The translations under genes and the position numbers were made by a program. From an uncultured Bacillota bacterium (GTDB lineage Bacteria; Sysuimicrobiota; Sysuimicrobiia; Sysuimicrobiales; Segetimicrobiaceae), in the NCBI GenBank assembly GCA_963804645.1, contig CAWDRG010000019.1, forward strand, positions 245,227 to 309,226: DNA of 64,000 nt, written 5' to 3'. Positions 50,689 to 59,357 of the stretch are shown in pieces. How positions within the stretch are numbered: position 1 is the stretch's first letter; each line of letters begins with the position of its first letter. Below the pieces are notes generated by a model. The model was not told the origin of the DNA and ran no database searches. It was given only the letters and a program-made list of their open reading frames with translations.

Positions 50689-52656
50689 CCCAACTTCCGC
50701 AGTTAGGGCGTCGCTAAAAAAATTTTCTGGCTCTTTCCTGACGGCCCTGCCGCGGGAAAGGGCCATTTTATCGGGCATCGCGCGGGTGGGCTCTGTCGTG
50801 ATGGGTCGATATTGCGATGTAGTGAAGAATGCCCCTCTTTGCAACAGTTCGTGCGGCTCGTATGATGACGACAGCGATGTACATGCGGCGCTGTTATCGC
50901 AAGTGGAAGGGGAAGCGCTACGGATATTGGGCGCTCGTGGAATCGTATCGCACCGCACGAGGGCCCCGGCAGCGCGTCGTGGCCCATCTCGGGGATGTCG
51001 ATGAACACGGTCGCATGGCGCTGCCCGCCGAGGGGACGCCCACGCAGCAGCAGTCGTTGTACGATAGCCACGCGCCCGAGTGGGTCGAGGTGGATCTCGC
51101 CCGCGTGCGCGTGGAGCGGACACGCGACTTTGGCGGCCCCTGGCTCGGCTACACGCTGCTCCAACGTCTGGACCTGCCGCGCTTTCTCGCGGAGACGCTG
51201 CGGCCGGACGGGGCGGATATTCCCTGGCCGGCGATGGCCATGGTGCTCGTGCTGGGCCGCCTATGCGCGCCCAGCAGCGAACTACACTTGGCCGAGCACG
51301 TCTATGACGGGAGTGCGCTCCCGGACCTGTTGGGCGTGCCGGCGGCCAAGGTCAATGAGGATCGACTGTACCGTGCGCTCGATCACCTGCTCCCGCACAA
51401 AGCGGCGCTGGAGCAACATCTCAAAGCCCGGCTCGGCGAGTTGTTCCAGGTCCAATACGATTTGCTGCTCTACGATGTGACCTCGACCTACTTCGAAGGC
51501 GACGCCGCGAAGAATCCGCAGGCGCAGCGGGGCTACTCGCGCGATCACCGGCCCGATTGCAAACAAGTCAACTTGGCCTTGGTCGTGACGCGCGAGGGCC
51601 TGCCGCTGGGCTATGAACTCTTCGCCGGCAACAAGGCCGACGTGACTACGCTGCGCGAAATCGTCACCACCATGGAAGAGCGGTACGGGAAAGCCGACCG
51701 GATCTGGGTGTTGGATCGCGGCTTGGTGAGCGAGGACCACATCACCTGGCTCAAAGCGCAGGGCCGGCGATACATCGTGGGCACGCCGAAGACCCTGTTG
51801 CGCCGGTTCGAGCGGGAATTAGCGAGCGCCGCCTGGAGCCAGGTCCAGGACGGCGTCGAGGCCCAGGTCTGTGCCGGTCCCGATGGCGATGAAGTCTTCA
51901 TCCTCTGCCGGAGCGGGGCGCGGCAGGCGAAGGAACGGGCCATGCACGACCGGTTCGAGCGCCGCATCACGGAGGGGTTGGAAAAGCTCGCGGCCGCCTG
52001 CCAGCGACGTGCCCACTCGCCCGTGGCGATCGCCCAGCGCGTCGGTCGCCTGTTGGGCCAAAACTCCCGCGCGGCCAAACTGTTTGAGGTGGACGTCGGC
52101 ACGGATCCGCAGGGCGCCGCGACCGTGCAGTGGACGACATCAGCGGTGTGGCGCGACTGGTCCCGGCTCAGCGAAGGGTGTTACGTGCTCCGCAGTAATC
52201 TCACCGACTGGGCCGCGGCAGATCTGTGGACCGCCTACATTCATCTGACCGACGCGGAAACCGCCTTCCGCATTCAAAAATCCGACCTGCAGCTCCGGCC
52301 GATTTGGCATCAAAAGGAAGCCCGCGTGCAGGCGCACATTCTCGTGTGCTTCCTCGCCTACGTGCTGTGGAAAACACTGGCGCGTTGGTGTCACGCCGTC
52401 GGCTTGGGCGACGAGCCGCGGAAGGTGTTCACCGACCTCCAAGCGATTCGCCTCGTCGACGTGGTGCTCCCGACCCGCACCGGCCTCGAGCTCCGCAAAC
52501 GCTGCGTCAGCCGGCCGACCGAGCACCAAGCCCTCCTGCTCCAACAGCTCGGGCTGAGCCTCCCTACGCACCTCGAGGCTGTCGCGGTGTAGTGAAGAAT
52601 CGGCCCCAATTCCGTTGCAAAATATGGAGTTTTCCCGTCCAACTGCGGAACTTGGG
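50689..52656 (+). mobile_element. IS1634-family insertion sequence (single gene)
   Basis: TIRs CCCAACTTCCGCAGTT (50689-50704) / AACTGCGGAACTTGGG (52641-52656), 15/16 match; flanked by CTAG on both sides. Confidence 0.9.
50877..52592 (+). CDS. IS1634-family transposase
   Basis: Y.YWALVESYRT.RGPRQRVVAHLG N-terminus, LYDVTSTYFEG, GYSRDHRPD, VLDRG, E.AFR..K.DL.LRPIWH. Confidence 0.93.
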   Translation: MYMRRCYRKWKGKRYGYWALVESYRTARGPRQRVVAHLGDVDEHGRMALPAEGTPTQQQSLYDSHAPEWVEVDLARVRVERTRDFGGPWLGYTLLQRLDLPRFLAETLRPDGADIPWPAMAMVLVLGRLCAPSSELHLAEHVYDGSALPDLLGVPAAKVNEDRLYRALDHLLPHKAALEQHLKARLGELFQVQYDLLLYDVTSTYFEGDAAKNPQAQRGYSRDHRPDCKQVNLALVVTREGLPLGYELFAGNKADVTTLREIVTTMEERYGKADRIWVLDRGLVSEDHITWLKAQGRRYIVGTPKTLLRRFERELASAAWSQVQDGVEAQVCAGPDGDEVFILCRSGARQAKERAMHDRFERRITEGLEKLAAACQRRAHSPVAIAQRVGRLLGQNSRAAKLFEVDVGTDPQGAATVQWTTSAVWRDWSRLSEGCYVLRSNLTDWAAADLWTAYIHLTDAETAFRIQKSDLQLRPIWHQKEARVQAHILVCFLAYVLWKTLARWCHAVGLGDEPRKVFTDLQAIRLVDVVLPTRTGLELRKRCVSRPTEHQALLLQQLGLSLPTHLEAVAV

Positions 52657-52774
52657 CTAGCACGGGCCGCGAGCGCGTCACGACGGTCCCGCAGGATCCC
52701 CTCCCGCACGGACGGAACCGTCCCGCTGCGGTCGATCGGGATTCCCAGCCGTGCGCCGACACCGGGGAGGGGCC

Positions 52775-53257
52775 ATGCCCGTCAATGCCTATCGATTCGA
52801 CGAGCGCTGGACGATCCCGGGGTTCTCGCCCCAGCAAGTGTACGATGTCCTTGCTGACGCCAAGTTGTTGCCGGAGTGGTGGACGGGCGTGTACCTCGAG
52901 GCGACGCCCGAGGATGCTGGGGCGTCGCCCCGCGTCGGCGCCCGGGCGCGCGTTACGGCCCGGGGATTTTTGCCTTATCGTATCCGGATGACGCTGGAAG
53001 CCACCGTGCTCGATCCCGCGAAGGTCGTCGGGGTGCGCACCTTCGGCGACCTGGAGGGCACGTGGCGCGCGACTCTCTCAGCGGACGGTGCCGGCGGCAC
53101 GTACGTGAACATCATCGAGGAGGTTGTCGCGCAGAAGCCGGTCATCCGGCTGTTGTCGCCGTTCCTCAAGCCGCTCTTCGCATGGAACCACTACTGGACC
53201 TCGCCGCGCGGCCAGTCCGGGCTCCGTGCCTATCTGGCGAAACAGCACGGTGGGTAG
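52775..53257 (+). CDS. SRPBCC (polyketide cyclase/dehydrase) family protein
   Basis: YRF...W....VYDVL.D....PEWW, GDLEG, LKPLFAWNH. Confidence 0.8.
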   Translation: MPVNAYRFDERWTIPGFSPQQVYDVLADAKLLPEWWTGVYLEATPEDAGASPRVGARARVTARGFLPYRIRMTLEATVLDPAKVVGVRTFGDLEGTWRATLSADGAGGTYVNIIEEVVAQKPVIRLLSPFLKPLFAWNHYWTSPRGQSGLRAYLAKQHGG

Positions 53258-53266
53258 TCCCGCCAC

Positions 53267-54250
53267 ATGGCACAGGGCGCGGTCGATCGCGCAGGATGTA
53301 CGCACCGGCAAGCGGTGGTCAACGGGGTGCGGCTCCACTACGTCGAGGCGGGCCGCGGCCCGCTTGTCGTGCTGCTGCATGGGTTCCCTGAGTTCTGGTA
53401 CAGCTGGCGGCGGCAGATCCCGGCGCTGACCGAGGCGGGATTTCGCGTCGTGGCCCCTGACCTGCGCGGCTACAACCAGTCCGAGAAGCCTCGCGGAGTC
53501 CCAGCGTACCGGGCGGGCGTGGTCGCTGGGGACGTGGCGGCCCTGATCCAACATGCGGGCGAATCGTCGGCGGCTGTAGTCGGTCATGACTGGGGCGGCA
53601 GCGTCGCCTGGCAGGTCGCGATCCGGCATCCGGATCGTGTGGAGAGGCTCGCCGTGCTCGCCGCGCCCCACCCAATCGCGTTTCGGCAGGGGCTGCGGAG
53701 ACCGTCGCAGGTATTGCGCTCCTGGTATGCCTTCTTCTTCCAGCTACCGTGGCTGCCGGAGGCGACCTTTCGTCGCCGCAGCTTCGCCGGCCTCGTCCGG
53801 GCGTTCCGTCAGGACCCGGTGCACCCGGACGCGTTCACCGACGTCGATATCGCCGAGTACCAGCGCGCGCTCTCCCAGCCTGGCGCACTCACCGCCGCGA
53901 TTAACTACTACCGCGCCGCGCTGCGGTCCGGGCGATCGGACGAGACCGGACTGCGCCCCGTGGATGTCCGCACCCTCGTCATCTGGGGCGACCGCGACCT
54001 CCGGTCGGCACGGATCACCGACTCCTGTACGAGGGATCGCGGCGCCGTCTACTGACGGGGCTGGATCGCGGGCGCTCGCGCGAACGGCCGGGGACCTGCC
54101 TCAGCGTCCCCGCAGGAACTCCAGGAGCAACGCGTTCACGCGGTCCGGGACGTCGTTCTGCACCCAGTGGCTCGCATCGGCGATGCGGATCAAACGCACG
54201 TTGCGGCCCCACCGCGCGTGGCTGTCCGTGAGATGCCGGCCGAGGTACCT
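53267..54250 (+). pseudogene. Alpha/beta hydrolase (epoxide-hydrolase-like) whose C-terminal ~48 codons lie inverted on the minus strand
   Basis: [34 protein letters not shown] on plus; RYLGRHL...DASHWVQ.D.PDRVN.LLLEFL on minus 54250..54101. Confidence 0.85.
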
Positions 54251-54449
54251 CGCCGAGCCCATGTTTGCGATACTCAACGCTGCGATCGACTACGTTCCGG
54301 GTGATAAACCTCAACGACTTGAAAGCCGGCCTCTCACAGGCACCGCGGTAGGGTCGGCCGGGAGCCATTTGGCGATCGGCCCGGGAAGAAATGCTGCGCT
54401 CGCGGTCCGGGCAGCGCGCACTCGTCGGCCTGTGAGATGAGGTGACGCG

Positions 54450-54880
54450 GTGACGCGCATCAGGACAACGATCCACATCGACCGGCCTGTCGCGGATGTC
54501 TTCGAGTTCGTCACCACGCCCGGCAACTGGCCGTCGTGGCACCCATCGTCCGTCGCGGTCGGCGGCGCCACGGACCACTCGCTCGCCGTCGGAGAGTGGT
54601 GTACCGAGGAGTTCTTGGTCGCCGGCCACGGGGTCGCGTCACCTGGACGGTGCGCGAGCGCGACGCCCCCAGGCGCTGGGTGATCGAAGGCGTCGTGGAG
54701 GGAGGGGGTGGCGGGACCGTCGCCTACGCGGTGACTCCCGAGGGCAGGGGCACCCGGTTCGATCGCGCGTTTGTGTACGCGATGCGCACCCTGGCGATGC
54801 GTGTGCTGGATGTGCTGGTGCTGCGCCGGCGTGTCGCGGGCGAATCGGCGGAGGCGCTCCTCGGTCAAGCGGCTCCTTGA
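54450..54880 (+). pseudogene. SRPBCC-family protein, frameshifted (~54630, ~54860)
   Basis: I.RPVADVFEFVTTPGNWPSWHPSS continues as GRVTWTV.ER..PRRW.I.G in another frame; may be sequence error. Confidence 0.65.
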
Positions 54881-55106
54881 GCGCGGGAGCCCGCGGGACA
54901 GGGCCGGTAACCGTTCGGGTCGAAGACGCGCGGCGTCGCAGCACGAGGATCGCCTGCGGACCGAGGGTCTGACCGATGAAGGCGCAGTGTCAGTCAGTGT
55001 GCAATGTCGTCGGCCATGCTGCCGCGGCCGACCGTCTCACCGCCGCCGCTTACGTTCGCGGACATTTTTCGAGGAGGTGATCGGAAACCGAAGATGGAAA
55101 TCCCCG

Positions 55107-55548
55107 TTAAGCCTGCTGGCCTACAACCTGGGCAACCTGTGGCGTTGCCTGTGTTGCCGAGAGAATCGACGCTTGGTCCTACAAGTTGCAGCAGCGGTTG
55201 GTGAAGACGGAGGACGGCTGGTCAAGCACGCCCGCTACTACTGGTTGTTGCTGGCCGAGGGACATGACGGCCTGTTTGGCCAGATGCTCCGGCGAATCTG
55301 GGCGCTGCCGGTGCCGAGCGGGTAGCACCGCGATTGCGGTTGCAAATTCTGGAGGCTGAGGAAAGTGGGTCGGGGCGGTGTCCGAGAAAATGATTGCACA
55401 GCAGCCAGCGGGATTTGTCAGACAGCGGAAACCAGCCGACGAAACATCGCCGAACGCGTTGGGGCCCGCCCTGATGGCAAATTCGTTGTTGTCAAGGGCA
55501 GGAGAAGCGTATGATGCGCGAGACAGAGGTCCAAATCGGAAATCCTGG
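55107..55548 (+). pseudogene. IS1380-family transposase C-terminal remnant and probable right end
   Basis: LSLLAYNLGNLWR, QQRLVKT.GRLVKHARYYWLLLAEGH, FGQMLRRIWALPVP*; ends ATCGGAAATCCTGG. Confidence 0.75.
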
Positions 55549-56247
55549 ATGAATAAGCTTATTCTCTCCGTTTTACCGGCCATCGGTATGCTGACGCTGA
55601 TGCTGGCGCTTCCGGTGCACGCCCAGGCGCAGCGTCCGTTTGATTATTTCAACGCAGGCCAGTTTATGGAATTCACCAATAATATTAATAATCTGAAAGA
55701 CTTTTCGCCGGACGGGATCCGGGCCGAGTTTGCCTCGGGGCGTCAATTGTTCGTCAACGCCGGTGCGACGCCGCAGGTTTTGGCCAGCTATGACAGCCTC
55801 GTCAAAACGAATCTCGGGCTGCCACTGTTCCGGAATTATTCCGGCTGGACGCAAGCCCAACAGGATGCTTGGAACAAATCCGAGATCAACTCGGGCGCTT
55901 TGGACAAATGGCTGGGCACGGACCTGGATACCAAGGCCTGCTTCTTTTTCTGGCTCGGAAACAAGACCGCACTGTTGGGCAAAACCGTTCCCTCGGAATT
56001 CGATTGGGGTTACAACCTCGCAACTGCCCAAGGGTTGGCCAAACCCGGGCTGCAAAAGTTTACTCAATTCGCGGGGAGCAGTCCGACGATCTTCCAGACC
56101 TTGCAGCCCCAGGTGCAGGCCGCAATCAAGGCGATTGCCAGCTACAATGAGACGGCAAACAACCTCTCGCGGCTTGATATTACCGCCATCCAGAAACAGG
56201 CCTCCGTCATTTTCCTTCACGCCGCCAACCACACGCTGACGAAGTAG
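55549..56247 (+). CDS. Hypothetical secreted protein
   Basis: Sec-type signal MNKLILSVLPAIGMLTLMLALPVHA-QA; AT-richer codon use; no family recognised. Confidence 0.72.
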   Translation: MNKLILSVLPAIGMLTLMLALPVHAQAQRPFDYFNAGQFMEFTNNINNLKDFSPDGIRAEFASGRQLFVNAGATPQVLASYDSLVKTNLGLPLFRNYSGWTQAQQDAWNKSEINSGALDKWLGTDLDTKACFFFWLGNKTALLGKTVPSEFDWGYNLATAQGLAKPGLQKFTQFAGSSPTIFQTLQPQVQAAIKAIASYNETANNLSRLDITAIQKQASVIFLHAANHTLTK

Positions 56248-56661
56248 CGCCCTGGCGGAAAACAGTGGGAGAAGTTTATAGCGATTTAGGAGCATCTCGA
56301 TGAGACTTGATCTCCGGCTGGACGGCGCTGTCCCGCTCGTGAGCGTCTTGAAGAACCCGCCGGCCAACGGACATCGACCATTAAATAGATAAATAGAGGT
56401 GATTCTGACCGGCATGGCGGCGCTGGTAGCGAAGCGCTGGCTCTAGTTGGCAGGGAAACGATGAACGCGGAATCGCGCGCCTTTGAGACGTATGAATCGG
56501 TAGCCGAATATCTCCTCAGTCAGTTCGCGGAACACTTTGGCCTACAGCGTGTGGAAGGGAAGCAGGTTCTCCAAGGAAAGTGTTCTGGCACCACTTGGAT
56601 CCGACATTCCGCAAGTCGCGAAGCGAAGTCTCCCGATTTTCTCGGGGACTCTTGGGGAGGC

Positions 56662-58365
56662 CTATTGGTAGACCTCGGGCGGAATGTCCAAGAGCTCGAG
56701 CAGCGTACGTTGGAGTTGTGACAGCTCGATCGGAAACGCCGTGACCTCCCCGTTGAGCTCGACCTCGTACCACCGCACGTCTTGAAAGGCCTCCAGAATC
56801 CTGGGCCACGTTGGGGTCGGCGTGGGACGATGCTCCGGCAAGAGGGCCAGCGTCTTGAGGTTCCGCTGCCGCATGCTGGTGCGCACCTCCCGCTCGATGA
56901 GGCTCGCGACGACGAGGGCGATAAAGTAGGCGTGGAGCAGGCCCGCCGCCCGGCGTGGTTTCTTCAGGTACACCGGCGCGATCTCCAGGTCGGTTTTCAA
57001 CAGCGAGAAGCGTTTCTCGACATAGGGTTGGAATTTGTACATGGACAGGACCTCGCGCTTCGGAGTCTTGGCGAGGTTCGTCACGAGCGGGAAGACCCCA
57101 TCGGTGCGCCGCTCGCGGGCCAGGGCCTGCCCATCGCGGCGCACGTCCAGCGTGTAGGTCGTGTGTCGTTCGACCTCCACCGGCGTCTCGGCGGTGGGCC
57201 GGCCGCGCCGTAGATAGTGGCGACGCTGCTCGACGTGGCGCTTCACGGTCACCTGGAGAAATGGCCGGGTGCCGGTCTCGCGGAGAATCTTGGTGACCGC
57301 ACGCTGGATTCCCCCGTGGGTCCGATCCCGTCGCCGCTGCCGCGGTAGTTTGTCTTGGAACTCCCGCAGCGTGGCCTGGGCCTGGGCGAGGCGTCGCTCC
57401 CGCGCCTGCGCGTCCTCGACCGCTTTCTGCGAGCTCCGGATCCAGATCATCCGATATCCGTCGGCCGTGGTCGTGTACGTACCCGCACAGCTCGCGAAGA
57501 TGTCTGGCGGACCATCCTTGTGCCGGTGGTTGGCGATGCGGAGAATGGGGTGCCACCGAATGCCATGGTCCCGCAGCCGATCGCGGAAGTGATGGTCTTC
57601 TTTCCAGGTCCGCGGCATCACGGTGACAAACTGCCCGCCATAGGCCGCGATATGCCGCAGATTGTCCTGGGTGCAGAGCTTGGCATCGGCCACGTAGATG
57701 AACTCCGCGCGGCCCACGAGCGTCCGCAAGGCGTCCACGGTGCTCCGGTGCACCGTATCGTCGCTGCGGTTGCCGCTATGGACGTCGTGCCACACGGGGA
57801 TTGCGCCATCGGCAGTGGCGGTGAGGCCGAAGACGAGCTGCTTGAGGTCCGGGCGGTGATCTTTGTTGTGCCCATGGGTGATGTGGGGCTCGCCGTGGGC
57901 AGTCGCGTAGGCGCCCTGGAACGTGACCGTGGTCGTGTCGTGGTGGAACCGCTCCGTCGCAAGTTCAAACTGCTTGATGATGCGCAAGGCCAAGCGGAAC
58001 CAGATGCTGCGCCCCCGTTCGGAGGTGAGCGCATCCAGGGCCCGCGCCACCCGATCGTCGTTGATCGCCGCGTACTGCGAGGGGGTCAGCGCCAGCACCG
58101 CGGGCTCCACCGGCGCGAGCCACGTGGCGATCCGATACAGCGGGCCGGGGGAGACGAGCAGGTTGTGCACCAGCACGGCGAGCGTGCGCGCGTGATCGAC
58201 GACCCCCTGGCGCGCGTTGCCCACGCAGCCGCGAATGATGGACTCCAGGGTGAGGCGTTCGAGGAAGTGCGCGATGATCGGATGCGGCCCGAGGTGATGG
58301 ATCCGGTGCACCGCGCCCGGAGGAGCGCTGTGGGGACGACGGCCAGCGCGGGGCCGGAGCGTCAT
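56662..58365 (-). CDS. IS1634-family transposase
   Basis: NDDRVARALD, HHDTTT..FQG, GHNKDHRPDLKQ, VADAKL, YK.Q..VEKRFSLLK...I.PVYLK; intact frame. Confidence 0.92.
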   Translation of the reverse strand: MTLRPRAGRRPHSAPPGAVHRIHHLGPHPIIAHFLERLTLESIIRGCVGNARQGVVDHARTLAVLVHNLLVSPGPLYRIATWLAPVEPAVLALTPSQYAAINDDRVARALDALTSERGRSIWFRLALRIIKQFELATERFHHDTTTVTFQGAYATAHGEPHITHGHNKDHRPDLKQLVFGLTATADGAIPVWHDVHSGNRSDDTVHRSTVDALRTLVGRAEFIYVADAKLCTQDNLRHIAAYGGQFVTVMPRTWKEDHHFRDRLRDHGIRWHPILRIANHRHKDGPPDIFASCAGTYTTTADGYRMIWIRSSQKAVEDAQARERRLAQAQATLREFQDKLPRQRRRDRTHGGIQRAVTKILRETGTRPFLQVTVKRHVEQRRHYLRRGRPTAETPVEVERHTTYTLDVRRDGQALARERRTDGVFPLVTNLAKTPKREVLSMYKFQPYVEKRFSLLKTDLEIAPVYLKKPRRAAGLLHAYFIALVVASLIEREVRTSMRQRNLKTLALLPEHRPTPTPTWPRILEAFQDVRWYEVELNGEVTAFPIELSQLQRTLLELLDIPPEVYQ

Positions 58366-58388
58366 CCGCCTGGGGACCGCACGGCATC

Positions 58389-58440
58389 TTGACGGCGCAT
58401 CGGTCTGTCTGTAGAATAACAGACAGATCTCCGAAGTCAA
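58389..58440. promoter_or_regulatory. Overlapping divergent sigma70 promoters centred on a palindrome
   Basis: Plus TTGACG-N17-TAGAAT (58389-58417); minus TTGACT-N16-TATTCT with TG extension (58440..58413); TCTGTCTGT (58404-58412) / ACAGACAGA (58419-58427). Confidence 0.75.
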
Positions 58441-58462
58441 GCATTTGTTCGAGTGTGCGGAC

Positions 58463-58816
58463 ATGGCGGACGCGACAGACGCGATACGGACGTATGAGGC
58501 GCTCAAGGCCGCGGTGGGACGCCTCGGGTGGGTCCGGCCTGGCACGCTCGTGCGCCGATTCACCCGATGCGGCAAGCCCGGCTGCCACTGCATGGCGGAT
58601 CCACCGACGCTCCACGGGCCTTACTACGATTGGACCTATAAGATTCGCGGCCGGTCGATCGCGAGGCGCCTCACGGCCGCGCAAGCTCAGCGCTGCGGGC
58701 AGTGGCTGCAAAACCATCGCAGGTTGCGGCGGATCGTGCACAAGATGGAAACGCTGTCGCGGAAGGAGACGGATCGGTTGCTACGCGCGATCGCCAAGGA
58801 ACCTCACGAGAAGTAG
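58463..58816 (+). CDS. DUF6788-like putative zinc-finger accessory protein
   Basis: GTLVRRFTRCGKPGCHC......HGPYYDWTYKIRGRS, then a basic C-terminal helix; inside the IS TIRs. Confidence 0.85.
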   Translation: MADATDAIRTYEALKAAVGRLGWVRPGTLVRRFTRCGKPGCHCMADPPTLHGPYYDWTYKIRGRSIARRLTAAQAQRCGQWLQNHRRLRRIVHKMETLSRKETDRLLRAIAKEPHEK

Positions 58817-59357
58817 GTGCGGTCTAACCCCCTAGCAAAAATCTGCAAACCCGCCCCTCAGACTTGCGGAATGTCGGTTGGATCATCGATGGCAAGGGGG
58901 TTAAGAGCGATGGTGATGCCTTTATCATCGCCGAATGCAACCGCTATACGACTAGGCGGCCGGACCAAGAGGATTTAGCTGGGCTTGCGTACCGGATACA
59001 TGATACGGGTGCCGAGGGGGAATCATCGTTACACCGCTAGGTATCCAGGAGGGTGCAGTGAGAGTCGCGAGTGCGGAGAATATCGTCCCTGTGCAACTGG
59101 ATCCTTCCAGCACCACGTCCGACTACGTGATGCGGTTCCTGAATCAAGTCATGATTGGGCCTTCGGCGACATTATCGTTCTCAACTAAGTTCGAAGCCCG
59201 CCTGTTTGTCACCCGCCGTTGCGGGAAGTGCGGTACAGAGTTGGTAGCGGAGTCGACAGAAGCGCTGTGCCCCCGGCGTGCTACTGGCTAGCGAATCTAC
59301 GTAGGCGTGCCGTGATGACGTTCGGGAGACGATGCCGCAGATGATTCCATTGACGCC

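Larger units (their letters stand above)
56601..58877. mobile_element. IS1634-family element with divergent accessory gene, 2277 bp
   Basis: Perfect 17-bp TIRs CCGACATTCCGCAAGTC / GACTTGCGGAATGTCGG; 6-bp TSD TTGGAT at 56595-56600 and 58878-58883. Confidence 0.95.
56461..59291 (+). pseudogene. Mrr-like PD-(D/E)XK restriction endonuclease interrupted by IS1634
   Basis: Removing the IS and one TTGGAT joins GTTW|IIDGKGV...IIAECNRY...QEDLAGLAYRIHDTGAEG; a 1-nt shift in a G run (~59020) continues GIIVTPLGIQEGA...CGKCG. Confidence 0.8.
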
